Below the pieces are notes generated by a model. The model did no database searches. It was given only the letters and a program-made list of their open reading frames with translations, and was not told where the DNA came from. Positions 27,680-39,838 of a DNA stretch of 64,000 nucleotides are shown piece after piece. Position numbers and translations under genes: made by a program. Location: the NCBI RefSeq assembly GCF_963921235.1, contig NC_086121.1, positions 20,832,001-20,896,000 of the forward strand. The letters run 5' to 3'. Positions within the stretch are counted from its first letter, which is position 1. Each line of letters begins with the position of its first letter. This DNA comes from Mobula hypostoma. Lineage: Eukaryota.

Positions 27680-28135
27680 AGATATAAGAGCAGAGTTAGG
27701 CCATTTGGCCCATTTAATCTGCTCCAGTATTTCATAATGGCTGGTCTATTTCCCTCTCAGCCCCAATCTCCTGCCTTCTCTCCGTTTCTCTTCATGCCCT
27801 GACTAATCAAGAATCTATCAACCTGTGCCTCAAATATACCCAATGACTTGGCCTCCACAGCCACCCGTGGTAATGAATTCCACAGATTCGCCACTCTCTG
27901 CTTAAAGAAATTTCTCCTCATTTCCGTTCTAAACGGACGCCCCTCTATTCTGAGGGCCATGTCCTCTGGTCTTCGACTCTGCTACCGTAGGAAATATTCT
28001 CTCCACATCCACTCTGTCAAGGCCTTTCACTATTCGATACGTTTCAATGGGATCTCTTCCCCCACCCCACCCCCCCAAATTCTTCTGAATTCCAGTGAGT
28101 ACAAACCCAGAGCCATCAAATGCTCTTCATATGAC
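27680..28135 (-). mobile_element. CR1 3' fragment
   Basis: GLYSLEFRR, RRNFFKQRVANLWNSLP. Confidence 0.85.
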
Positions 28136-30194
28136 TTGTACCAGTGAATCCATTTCTTGCTTCTGTTACTGGACTCTGAATGGAGCTCAGTGGTGGAATG
28201 CAGACATGATGGGAAAACTTTAAAAAAAAACTGCAACTGCTGGAAATCTGAAATGAAAACAAAACGCTGGAAAAATTCAGCAGGCTAGGAAAGAGGAAGA
28301 GGTAATGTTTCAGATTTAGGACTGTTCATTAGAACTGATGAGGATTTGGGAAACCCATCTCTGCAATTATGTGCCAGCAAAACTGGTATAAAGTCAGAGA
28401 TCAGGATTTCCAACCTGAAAGTGAGGGAGGAAGAATATTTAAAATTTTATTTTCTTATTTTACTTTGTTTAAATGTTTTTATTTATTATGTCTGGAATGT
28501 ATTTTAATTACTTTTAAAATTTAAAACTTTTTGTAATTATGGTATTTTAATAGTCTCTGAACATCAGATGTATTGAAACTCCTACAGAGCTTTACAGTCT
28601 TTGAGAGGAGCTGAGGCTCTGCCATCTACCTGCTGTCAAAATCCGCTGGAGTTTGAGGGCAAGGCCTCGGGTATTGGCTTACCTTCTCTTTGCCAGACCA
28701 TTCTGGGAGTAGTGAATCCTTGTAAGCTTGGGGAAGAGTATGACTGGTGTATGGTTGAATTCAGTGCAATGTGGAAGTTGTTAACACAAAATAAGGGCAA
28801 ACTAGTTTTGGAGCAATAGAGGACTGGTAAGGGATGATGTAGAGGAGGAATAAATGGGTGATTTTCAAGATGTAAACAGTCTGTCAGGGTTCTGCAAGAA
28901 TGTACTCTGGGATTTTGGTTATTTACAATACATTTTATGATGTAGATGAAAGAATAATGTATTAGTTTAAATCTGTATGGGAAAGTAAACTGTGAAGCAG
29001 ATACAGCTTTAAGGATGGGTTAAGTGAACAGGAGACGGTGGTGTTGCAAATTATGATGTTCATCATTTGACAGGCAGACCAGAAATCCAGTGGCCCATTG
29101 AGCGCTGATCTGTTTTAATGCTGTTGGTCTGGGGAGAAAATTACTGAAATACTGGAGGAGGGGGAATACAGAAGAAGTCATTGAAACTTACCAGCTTGCT
29201 GAATGCAGCCGTGGTGTTTGCATTCACTCAGCCAGTGAACGTGGAGTTCAGCGTATGAGAACATACAGTAATAATCCCATTTCACCTATTCAGTTAGCAC
29301 ATTTGTTCCCAGGAATACATCCTGAGTAATAAGATACTAGTTTAAATGTTAGTGTTCAGTTGGTTTGATGGAGCAGTGGGTTTGGTGTGTGAAACACCTA
29401 GGCCCATCAAGTAGTTGGGAAGGCAACAGCAAGTTCACTTTTGAGAGGTGTTTGTCTACGTATGGGGATGTCTTTCTGCAATGGCTACTTTGAGACTTCA
29501 TTTGGAGTACTATCTGCATTTTCGTTTCTGTAGAAAATTATACCTGGAAATGATACATTTGGATTCACTGAGTTGATCTCTGGGACGTGAAGATTGTCAT
29601 TTAAGGATTGATAGAGTAACTTTTATCCATTGGAGTCCTGAATTATAGAGATGATCTCATTGTAACACAAAGGATCTGAGTGGGATTGGCAGGTACGTGG
29701 CAAAAAGCTGGGTTTTTTTGGCACGTAACTGACAATCTCTCTCAGATCCTTTGGAGTGCCAAGAACTAAGAATCATAGCTTCAGGATAAAGGTTCACTAT
29801 TTAGTTCTGAGAAGAGGAAGTCTTCACTCAGGGGGTTGTAAATCTTGGCAGTTTATATCAGTGGAAAACGGTTGTTCAGTTGAGTGCAATCAAGACAGAT
29901 TTTAAAATATTTTTAGTTGAGAGGTTTTTTTTAAAAAAGCAAATGATTGAGCAGGAGAGAGCACCAGTGCTGCTTTTTGGATTATTGATTTTGATTTTTT
30001 ATTCGTAACTTTTGCTGCTGTTCCAGAAGTTTGAGAGATTTAACGGGCCAGCAATTGAGCCTGGTATGTTCCAGGGCGTCTGACTCAATGCCAGGATTAA
30101 TAAGTCATGCTAACGGGGGAGTATGAGAGTTTCAAGAGCTGTGTTGTAGTGCTTCCTGTGTCTGCTGGATCTGAATAGTGCTGTTTATTTCTAG

Positions 30195-30268
30195 GCTGTA
30201 CCTTTACTGTGCTGGTTCATACAAGAGATGTTGCCACTCGGAACATGGAGAAGATTCAGGTGATAAAG
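30195..30268 (+). CDS. MAD2L2: MAD2L2 coding exon 6
   Basis: [24 protein letters not shown]. Confidence 0.97.
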
Positions 30269-30541
30269 GTGAACAATCTTTTTAGGTAGACTTTACAATG
30301 GTTTGTGTGCTTAGCATGACATTTGTTGATACTTGTATGCAGTTACTCTTGCATATATACTCAATGGGGGAGAGATTTTCCAAATGTCACTGAGTACTTA
30401 GAATTCAGACTTTGCTCTCTCTGCTTAGACTATCTATGTCCATTTTCTTCTCTTAGTGATTGCTCTCTCCTCTTTTTAAAAAAAAATACAGCTCTTGTTC
30501 CCACCTAAAACTTCATTCTGGTAGAAAGAATAGAAAATACT

Positions 30542-30571
30542 CAACAACAACAACAACAACAACAACAACAA
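30542..30571. repeat. (CAA)10 microsatellite
   Basis: Read directly. Confidence 0.95.
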
Positions 30572-30729
30572 ACAATTTTAGTAACTGAAAATGTTGATCA
30601 TGTCTGATTTTATATACGTGCAGGTATTGCAACCATATCTAGTGATTGGAGATGCGCCAACAAATGGTTATCTCTAACGCCCTCAACCTCCTTAGCATCT
30701 CAAATCACTTCTGTCTTGGCCAAAGTCAG

Positions 30730-33700
30730 AAATCAACAATGTCACTTGTGACCCTTAACTCATGACCTATTGTTCCAGTCTCACCCAATCTCAGTGGAAA
30801 AAGCCTGCTTACATTCACCCTTGCTGTACCCCTCTTAATTTTGTTTACCTCTATCAAATCTTCCCTCATTCTCCTACACTCTAGGGAATAAAGTCCTAAG
30901 CCCTATAATTCAGGTTCAAAGATCCTGGCAACATCCTTGCAAACGTTTTCTGCACTCTTGCAATCTTATTGATATTTTTCTTGCACGTAGGTGACTAGAA
31001 CTGCACTCAGTACTCCAAATTAGGCCTTACCAACGTCTTATATGTACAACTTCAACATAACATCCTAACTCCTGTACTCAATACTCTGATTTATGAAGGC
31101 CATTGTGCCTTAAGCTCTTTTTACAACCCTATCTTGATGTGATTCCTTGATCTGGGAATACAAATCAAGGAATTATGGTTCTGTATTCCCAGATCCCTCT
31201 GTTCTACTGCACTTCTCAGTGCTCTAACACTCAGAGTTTAAGTCCTACCCTGGTTTGTCCTCCCAAAGTGTAACACCTCACAGTTGTCCGCATTAAATTT
31301 CATCTGCCATTTTTCAGCCCATTTTTCCAGCTGCTCCAGGTCCTGCTGCAAGCTTTGATAGCCTTCCTCACTGATCACTACACCTTGGTCTTGGTGCCAT
31401 CTGCAGATTTTCTGATCCAGTTAATCACATTATCATCCAGATCAATGATAAATAGATGACAATCATCAATGGACCCAGCACTGCTCCCTGTGGCACACCA
31501 TTAGCCGCAAGCCTCCAGTCAGAGAGGCAACCATTTACTACCACTGGCTTCCTCCATGAAGTCACTGTCTAGTCCAATTTACTACCTCATCTTGAATGCC
31601 GAGTGAACCTTCTTGACCAACCTTCCATTTAGTTGTCAAGTGCCCTGCTGAAGTCCATGTAGACAACATCCACTGCCTTGCCTTCATCAATTTTCCTGAT
31701 AACCTCCTCGAAAAACTCTATAAGATTGGTTAGACATGGCCTACCGTGCACAAAACCATGTTGACCATCCCTAATCAGTCCCTGTCTATCCAAATACTAA
31801 TATATCCAGTCCCTTAGAATACCTTCCGATAACTTGCCCACTACTGATGTTAGGCTCACTGATTTATAATTTCTAACTTATTCTTAGAGACTTTCTTAAA
31901 TAATGGAACAACATTAGCTATCCTCCACTCTGCTGGCACTCCACCTGTTGCTAAGGACGTTTTAAAAATCTGCTAGGGACTCTGGAATTTCTGTTCTGGC
32001 CTCCCAAAAAGTCAGAGGGAACAGCTTGTCAGGATTTAGGAGATTTATCTACCCTAATTTCCCTCAAAACAGCATATTCTCTAATCTGTGTAGAGTTCAT
32101 GACGTCCATGCTGACAATAGACTGCGTGTCCATCTCCTGAGTAAATAAAGATGCAAAATATCCAATTAAGAGCTCCCCGTCTCTCTCAGTTCCATGCATG
32201 GATGAGTACTCTGATCTTCAAGAGAACCAATTTTGTCCAGTGCTATCCTTTTGCTCTTAATATATCTTGGGATTCTTCTTCACCTTGTCTGCTAGAGCAA
32301 CCTCATGCCGCCTTTTTGCCCTCCTGCTTTCCTTGCTAAGTGTTCTCTTATACTTCTCAAGTACCTCATTTGTTTCTTCCTGCCTGTACCTGCTATGCAA
32401 CTCCTTAATATCTCTCAAAAACCAAGGTTCATTAAACCTTTTATCGTTGCAGTTTATTCTGACAGGAACATACAAACTCTGTACTGTCAAAATTTCACCT
32501 TTGATGGCCTCCCACTTACGAAGCACACTTTTGGCAGAAAACAATGTGTCTCAATCTACTCTTGCCAGTTCCTTTCTGATACCATCAAAATTGGCCTTTC
32601 TCCAATTTAGAATATCAACCTGAGGACCAGACCTATCCTTCTCTATAATTATTTTGAAAGTAATGGCATGATCACTCGATGCAAGGTGTTCCCATTCACA
32701 AATCTCCGTCAGCTACCCTGTCTCATTCCCTAATAGGAGATACAGTTTCTCACACTCTCTAGTTGGGACTTCTATGTATTGATTAAGGAAACTTTCTTGA
32801 ATACATTTGACAAGCTCTATCCCATCTAGCCCTTTTATAATATGAGAGTCCCAGTCAATATGTGGAAAGTTAAAATCACCCTCCACAACCGTGTGTTTGT
32901 TGCAACAATCTGCAGTCTCTCTACAAATTTTCTCCTAAATCCCACTAATTCTAGGGTGGTTTATAATAGAAGCCCGTTAATGTGGTCATCCCTTTCATAT
33001 TCCGTAGTTCCATCCATATAGCCTCAATAGACAAGCTTTTCAGTTTGTTCTGCCTGAGCACTGCCTTGACACTTGCTCTGACTACTAATACCACCCCTCC
33101 ATCATGTCTAAAACAATGGAACTCCGGAACATTAAGCTATCAGAACTGCCCCTCCTGTAACCAAGTCTCACTAATGGCTACAATGTCATAATTCCACATG
33201 CTGATCTGTGCCCAAAGCTCATCCTGCCTTCCTACAATACTTCTTGCATGAAGTATACATAATTCAGAATATTAGTCCCACTATGCTCAACATTTTGGTT
33301 CCTGATTTTGTAGATGGACTTAACAACATAGTTCCCTACAACAGCTCCACTAACTGCTCTGTTAATCTGGTTCCCACATCCTTGCAACTCTAGTTTAAAC
33401 CTTCCTCTGCAGCACTAGCAAACCATTCTCACTAGGATATTAATCCCCCTCCAATTCAGGTGCAAACCGTCCCATCTGTACAGGTCCCAGCTTCCCTAGG
33501 AGAGAGCCCAATGATCCTAAAATCTGAAGCCATCCCTCCTGTACCATCTCCTCAGCCATGTGCTAAACTATATTATGTTCCTACTTTTGGCTTCCCACAT
33601 ATCAGTGAGTAATCCTGAGAACACAACCCTGGAGGTCCTGTCCGTAGCACCTAGGTCCTTGAACTCACTTTGCAGGACCTCCTCACCTTTCTACCCATTG

Positions 33701-34570
33701 CATTGGTACCAATGTGGACCACAGACAATAGGTGCAGGAGTAGGCCATTCAGTCCTTCGAGCCAGCACCACCATTCACTGTGATCATGGCTGATCACCCA
33801 CAATTGGTACCCTTTTCCTGCCTTCTCCCCATATCCCTTCACTCCGCTATCTTTAAGAGCTCTATCTAACTCTTTTTTTTGAAAGGATCCAGAGAATTGG
33901 CCTCCACTGTCTTCTGAGGCAGAGCATTCCACAGAATCACAACCCTCTGTGTGAAAAAGTTTTTCCTCAACTCCGTTCTAAATTGTCTACCCCTTATTCT
34001 TAAACTGTGGCCTCTGGTTCTGGACTCCCCCAACATCGGGAACGTTTCCTGCCTCTAGTGTGTCCAATCCCTTAATAATCTTATATGTTTCAATCAGATC
34101 CCCTCTCATCCTTCTAAATTCTAGTGTATACAACCCCATTCGCTCCAATCTTTCAACATATGACAGTCCCGCCATCCTGGGAATTAACCTCGTGAACCTA
34201 CGCTGCTCTCCCTTAATAGCTAGAATGTCCTTCCTCAAATTTGGAGACCAAAACTGCACACAATACAGCCTCTGGCTACTCCCTCTTCCACTTAACAATG
34301 CAGTCGACTCAATCTGAGATATCTCTGACTCTGGCACTTGGGAGGTAATGTACCCAATGGGAATCTTGTTCTTGTCCACAGAACCTGCTTTCTTTTTCCC
34401 CTAACCATTGAAACCCCTCTCAGTACAGCTCACCTCTTCTCCCCTCTTCCCTTCTGAAACACAGAGCCGTACTCATTGCCAGGACCTGACTGCTGTGGCT
34501 TTCCTCTGCTAGGTCATCCCTCCCCCCCCACCCAACTGTATCCAAAGTGGTATATGTGTTAATGAGAGGA
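30730..34570 (-). mobile_element. Degenerate CR1 LINE with a younger CR1 3' fragment nested at ~33725-34264
   Basis: RRAKRRHEVALADKVKKNPK and ORF1 VVHIGTN. The host sequence ggaccacag|cctctggct is split by the insert, which encodes YCVQFWSPNLRKD. Confidence 0.8.
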
Positions 34571-34599
34571 ACAGTCACAGGGATATGCTGAACATCATG

Positions 34600-35145
34600 C
34601 CCATATCTACTAATTCCACTTTCCTGCATATACTCTGTACCTGGCTCATTGAAGTATCTGTCCAAATTCCTCTTAAATAGTGTTACTGACCCTGCCTCCT
34701 CTACCAGCTCATTGCAGATACTAGTTACACTTTATATGATAGATTTACTGCTCAGATCCACCTTAAGCCTTCTTTTCACCTTGTACCTATGCCCTTTAGT
34801 TTTAAACACCTCTTCCATGGGAAACCAACATTGATTATCTACCCGATCTATATCACTCATAATTTTATGAACTTCTTGCATGTCTCCAGGATTCCTTCAT
34901 TTCAGAGTAGACAGACCCAGCCTATCTGATCTCTCCTTGTAAGTCAAACCCACCAATCCAGGCAGCATCCTTGTGAGTCTTGTCTGCATCCTTTCCGGCT
35001 TAATCACGTACTTATAACCTGGCAACCAGAACCGCACACAGCACTCCAAGTGTGGCCGAACCAAAGTTTTGTACAATGGGAATTTGGTGTTTCCAACTAT
35101 TATACTTAGTGCCTTGGCTAATGAAGGCAAATATGCCATATGCTG
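34600..35145 (-). mobile_element. CR1 3' fragment
   Basis: LYKTLVRPHLECCVRFW. Confidence 0.8.
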
Positions 35146-35278
35146 CCTTCAGACTGGAGCAATTCAAGGTGGCTGGCCGCCTTCTGGCAAGTAGAAGATA
35201 GCCATTTTGCAGCAAACGGAAAATAAGAGTGTTGTCTTTGTCACTTCCTGCCTTACTGATCTGTTTAATTCCAATCAG

Positions 35279-35371
35279 GATTTCCCATGGATTCATGCAG
35301 ATGAACAAGAAGTGAATATGCGAGAACCTAGGCTAATTCCGCTGAAAACCATGACTTCAGATATCTTAAAG
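35279..35371 (+). CDS. MAD2L2: MAD2L2 coding exon 7
   Basis: [31 protein letters not shown]. Confidence 0.97.
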
Positions 35372-35731
35372 GTAACACATTTTGGCACAAAATATCTTGT
35401 GGTTGATTTGATAGTAGTTTCTGTGCATTTAAAGGACTAAGTTCTTCAAAGCTTAATGAAAAATTATCCAAACCTGTTGCAGAATATATATACCATTAGT
35501 AGAAAATTCCATAGTTGGGATAATCTATTTGGTTTTATAACTATCTGAACCCATTGGCTAAATATGTGAAGTTGTAGAATTAAGAGTGATTCATTGTGAA
35601 TGCTGCATCATGGTTTTCATTTTAAGAAAATTACATGATTCCTGACTGCTTTAGTCTGCTTTTTACATGGTACTGTTTATATTCACAGCAGTGCAGACAC
35701 ATGATTCATGTGCCTTTTGTTTCGTTTATAG

Positions 35732-35773
35732 ATGCAATTATATGTTGAAGAGAGAGCTCAGAAAATATTTTGA
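35732..35773 (+). CDS. MAD2L2: MAD2L2 coding exon 8 (stop)
   Basis: MQLYVEERAQKIF*; exons sum to 636 nt = 211 aa, the length of vertebrate REV7. Confidence 0.95.
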   Translation: MQLYVEERAQKIF

Positions 35774-36342
35774 CTCCATGGCTGCAATACCAAGTGGAAC
35801 ATAAGTCCTAAGGCACTGGGTGTACTTCGTCACTGAAATTTGTTGCACACAGAAGAAAACGTATGAAACGTGAAACCTAATATGGAATCATATCCTGAAA
35901 TGGAATTTGTGGATGGGTTTTAACACTTTTGTATTGTGATGATAGCTTGTAGTTTGACTATGTGCATGTGTTGTGCTGACTGCATTAAGTGTGAAGTGAA
36001 CTTGGCTACAAATTAAAAGGCTGAGTCAGGGTTAGAAAATGACTGATTGCACATTTCAAGATATGGTCAGTAGACTATCCAAGAATGGTGTATGTCAATG
36101 TAATGATACCATACAAATGTATAAGCTACAATTTAGAAACTACAGTGCTGACATCTGTCAGCTTCTTTGAAGAATTACTCATCTGTAAGAAGTCTGTATC
36201 TTTCAAGGGGAGAGAGCAGGACCTTGAAGGAGAGCAGTTTTATTCTATTAGGGAGTGAACCTAGTACAAGAATTTTTTTTATAAAAATCTAAATGTGAGG
36301 CAGGTGTGTTTTTTAACTTTAAAATAACAAATGAGGAACGGA

Positions 36343-36352
36343 AATAAATAAA
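36343..36352 (+). terminator. Probable MAD2L2 polyadenylation signal
   Basis: Two overlapping AATAAA (AATAAATAAA) ~570 nt after the stop codon. Confidence 0.55.
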
Positions 36353-36559
36353 ATGATCACTTTTTAATCTTGCCGTACAGAATGGTTGACATTATTATCT
36401 GCACATATACATGCTGTTAATGTTTTTAAGGAAAAATTGCTCTTAGTCCTGACCACTTAGGAATTGTTTCAATTGTTCCACTCTGAGGCACAACAGTTTT
36501 TCTCAACCCATTGGTTTCTGTCTGAAAGTTCATTTTTATTCATACCCTTTCATCACCCA

Positions 36560-36710
36560 AGAAGGCAGAGGAGAATGACAGAGCTAAGATCCTCTGGGAC
36601 TTCCAAATACAGACTGAAAAGGAGGTACTGGCAAACCAACCGGACATAGTAATAGTGGACAAGGAACAGAAGAAAGCAATGTTAATCAATGTGGCAATCC
36701 CGAATGACAC
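36560..36710 (+). mobile_element. R4/Dong/Rex6-clade restriction-like endonuclease fragment
   Basis: ENDRAKILWDFQIQTEKEVLANQPDIVIVDKEQKKAMLINVAIPND. Confidence 0.75.
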
Positions 36711-37509
36711 AATTCTTAGCATAGCATTGGAGAGGGTTAGGAACAGACAGGTTAGGAAAGCAGTTAATTGGAGTAAGGGGAAATATGAGGCCTACAGGGA
36801 CGAGGTCCAGCACCTGGCCGTGTGGTGTGCTGACAACGACCTGACCCTTAACACCCAGAAGATCAAGGACCAAGGAGATCATTGTGGATTTCAGGCATGC
36901 TAGGAGCCACACTCACATCCCCATCTACATCAACGGAGCTGTAGTGGAGCATGTATAAAGCTTCAAATTCCTTGGTGTCCACATTTCTGAGGATCACACC
37001 TGGTCCCTGAACTCCTCCATCCTGGTCAAAAAGGCACAACAGCGCCTTTATTTCCTGTGGAGCATCAAGAAAGCTCACCTCTGTCCTAGGATACTGACGA
37101 ACTTTTACCACTGTACCATTGAGAGCATACTCACTGTCACAAAAAACAGTGGTTTAAGAAAAATAACAAGATGGCTTGAGTCACAAAACTAGATTGAGGT
37201 GCTTTCATTTACCTCAAAACAAGACAAAAGCTGGAAAAAAAACTATATATAATCCACTCTCAGACTAAACACAAAAGAAAACTAACCCCAAAACCTTGGT
37301 AACCTGAGGCTTATAACTGCTAAGCCCCTCCCCCTAGACCAACCAAAAGCTAATTAACTCAATTATCCAATTAAAGATGGTATCTTCCACCACCAGCACA
37401 CCTGTGCAGGTTGCTGCTGCCTCTATATGAGATAGCTCCGTTCAGCAGCTCTGTTTCTGTTACTGCTGGGGATGAGTATTTTACCGAGTGCGCCATGTGC
37501 CGTCCATAG

Positions 37510-38688
37510 TCAGTGACGAGCCTTCGTCACATTACCTCCCTCCTCTCCTGCAGCAGCAATGTTTGGCAGTCTTGACAGGAAGTCCACTGTGATGTTCTCC
37601 TTGCCTGCTTTGTGCGGCACACAGAACCTGAAAGGTTGAAGTTCCAGGTACCACCCAGTCACCCTGGCATTCTGATCCTTCATTGTCTGGATCCAGGTCA
37701 GGGCTCTGTGGTCTGTCTGGAGGTCAAACTCCCTCCCAAGAAGGTAGTACCTGAGGCTGTCCAACGCCCACTTGATTGCCAGACACTCCTTCTCGATTGT
37801 GGAGTACCAGGTTTCACAGGGCAGAAGTTTCCTGCTGAGATATAACACAGGATGTTCCTCACCTGGCTCTCCCTGAGCCAGTACTGCCCCGATGCCTACA
37901 CCTGAGGCATCCACCTGCACCAGGAAGCGGTGTTCAAAGTCAGGACTCTGCAACACAGGGGAAGAGCACAATTTCTCCTTCAGGCCCTGGAAAGCACTTT
38001 CACACCCCTCTCTCCATTCCACAGGATTTCGGGCCAACTTGTAGGTGAGGTTGGTCAATGGGGCTGCCAGGGTTGAAAAGTGAGGGATGAACCGTTGGTA
38101 CCAGCCCACTAGGCCAAGAAGAGACTGGACCTGGGTCTTGGTACGGGGCCTGGGGCTGTTCAGAATGGCCTCAACTTTATCCACCTGAGGCCAGACTCCT
38201 CTCCCCAACTGATAGCCCAGGTAGCAGGTTTCCTGCCTGGCCCACTCACACTTCTGCAGATTGAGTGTAAGTCCTGCTGCATTGATTGCACCTGGGTCTC
38301 GACAGAGGTGCTCCAGATGTTCCTCCCAGGTCAGGCTAAAAATAACCACATCATCAAAATAGGCGGCGCCGCAGTCCTCACAACCTTGTAGCACTCTGTC
38401 CATAAGCCTCTGGAATGTGGCTGGGGCACCATGTAAGCCAAAGGGTGTCACCGTGAACTGAACGAGGCCTAGAGGGGTCCTGAATGCAGTGAGGGGCTGG
38501 GACTGGCTCTCCAGGGGGACCTGCCAATACCCCTTGCAGAGGTCCAAGGTGGTGATGTAGTAGTTGGCTCTCCCAATCCTCTCCAGCAGGTCCTCAATCT
38601 GGGGCATCGGGTAGGCATCGAAAAATGAGATGGCATTCAGTTTCCTAAAGTGAATGCAAATGCGAAGAGTTCCATCCGTCTCCGGCAC
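37510..38688 (-). CDS. Truncated Gypsy pol (RT and RNase H), 392-aa ORF
   Basis: LDLCKGYWQ, PFGLHGAPATFQR, YFDD, VDASGVGIGAVL, YSTIEKECLA, TDHRAL; the ORF runs into the 3' LTR. Confidence 0.85.
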   Translation of the reverse strand: MPETDGTLRICIHFRKLNAISFFDAYPMPQIEDLLERIGRANYYITTLDLCKGYWQVPLESQSQPLTAFRTPLGLVQFTVTPFGLHGAPATFQRLMDRVLQGCEDCGAAYFDDVVIFSLTWEEHLEHLCRDPGAINAAGLTLNLQKCEWARQETCYLGYQLGRGVWPQVDKVEAILNSPRPRTKTQVQSLLGLVGWYQRFIPHFSTLAAPLTNLTYKLARNPVEWREGCESAFQGLKEKLCSSPVLQSPDFEHRFLVQVDASGVGIGAVLAQGEPGEEHPVLYLSRKLLPCETWYSTIEKECLAIKWALDSLRYYLLGREFDLQTDHRALTWIQTMKDQNARVTGWYLELQPFRFCVPHKAGKENITVDFLSRLPNIAAAGEEGGNVTKARH

Positions 38689-39078
38689 AATGACAATAGG
38701 TCCGCTTGATGCTGGAGTTGGGAGTCATCGAACTGTCTGAAAGTGAGTGGAGTAGCCCTATTGTCATTGTGCCGAAGAAGAATGGAACTCTTCGCATTTG
38801 CATTGACTTTAGGAAGCTGAATGCCATCTCATTTTTCGATGCCTACCTGATGCCCTGAATTGAGGCTCCAGTCTCCAAGAAGGTGTGGGTTTGAATCCCA
38901 CCGCTGCCACCATATGTCACAAAAAACTGTGGGTCAATTGTTTAAGAAAAATAACAAGATAGCTTGAGTCACAAAACTAGATTGAGGTGCTTTTATTTAT
39001 CTCAAAACAAAAACTGGAAAAAAAAACAATATATATCCACCCTCAGACTAAACACAAAAGAAAACTAACCCCAAAGCC

Positions 39079-39838
39079 TGTCTGTCTGTCTGTCTGTATC
39101 TTGTTTTACAGCGGTTGGCATCCAGCTTAATGGTGCATTACTGCCACCTTCTGCTCCAGAATGTGCACTAGACATACAGTCTGAATCCCTTCACCCAATC
39201 GCGCACGCGCGCACACATTATATATATATATACAAACCTACACTTTACCCTCCCATCTTTGACCATCCTAGTATCCTATTCCTGTTTATTCATCATATTC
39301 TATAAAAAACCCCTGTACCCCTTAAAAACACTAAAAATACCCAGACTTGTGCTCTCTCACCCATGCCCAGCAACCCTTTTAATGTGAATTCCTGCATCCC
39401 CAATTCCCTTAATTTATTTCTCATCATCTCTCTCTGTATCCCATACTTCCTGCAACACAAAACTACATGTTCTACCGACTCCTCTTCCTGACATTCCTCA
39501 CACAATCCTGTCTGGTGTTTCCCTATCATTTTCAATGTTTTGTTTAATGCACAATGCCCCAGCCTTAACCTAGTCCACACAATTTCCTCTCTTCTGTTTC
39601 CATTACCTACCCTAGTAACTGCAACACTCTTTTGTATTTGATATAAATGCCTCCCTTTCCCCTCCCTGTCCCATCTTTCTTGCCACATTCGGTTGACTTT
39701 TTCCCAGATTACACACTTAACCTCTGCTTTACTGATACTAATGTGCATTTCCACATTTTCTTTCTTTAATGCCCTCTTTGCCAACTCATCCACCCTCTCA
39801 TTCCCCTTCACCCCTACATGTGCTGGAACCCATAGAAA
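39079..39838 (-). mobile_element. Nimb/I-clade LINE 3' fragment (RNase H) inserted in the 5' LTR
   Basis: WVPAHVGVKGNERVDELAK, RLRLGH, C-x2-C..H..C; (CAGA)n tail. Confidence 0.85.
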
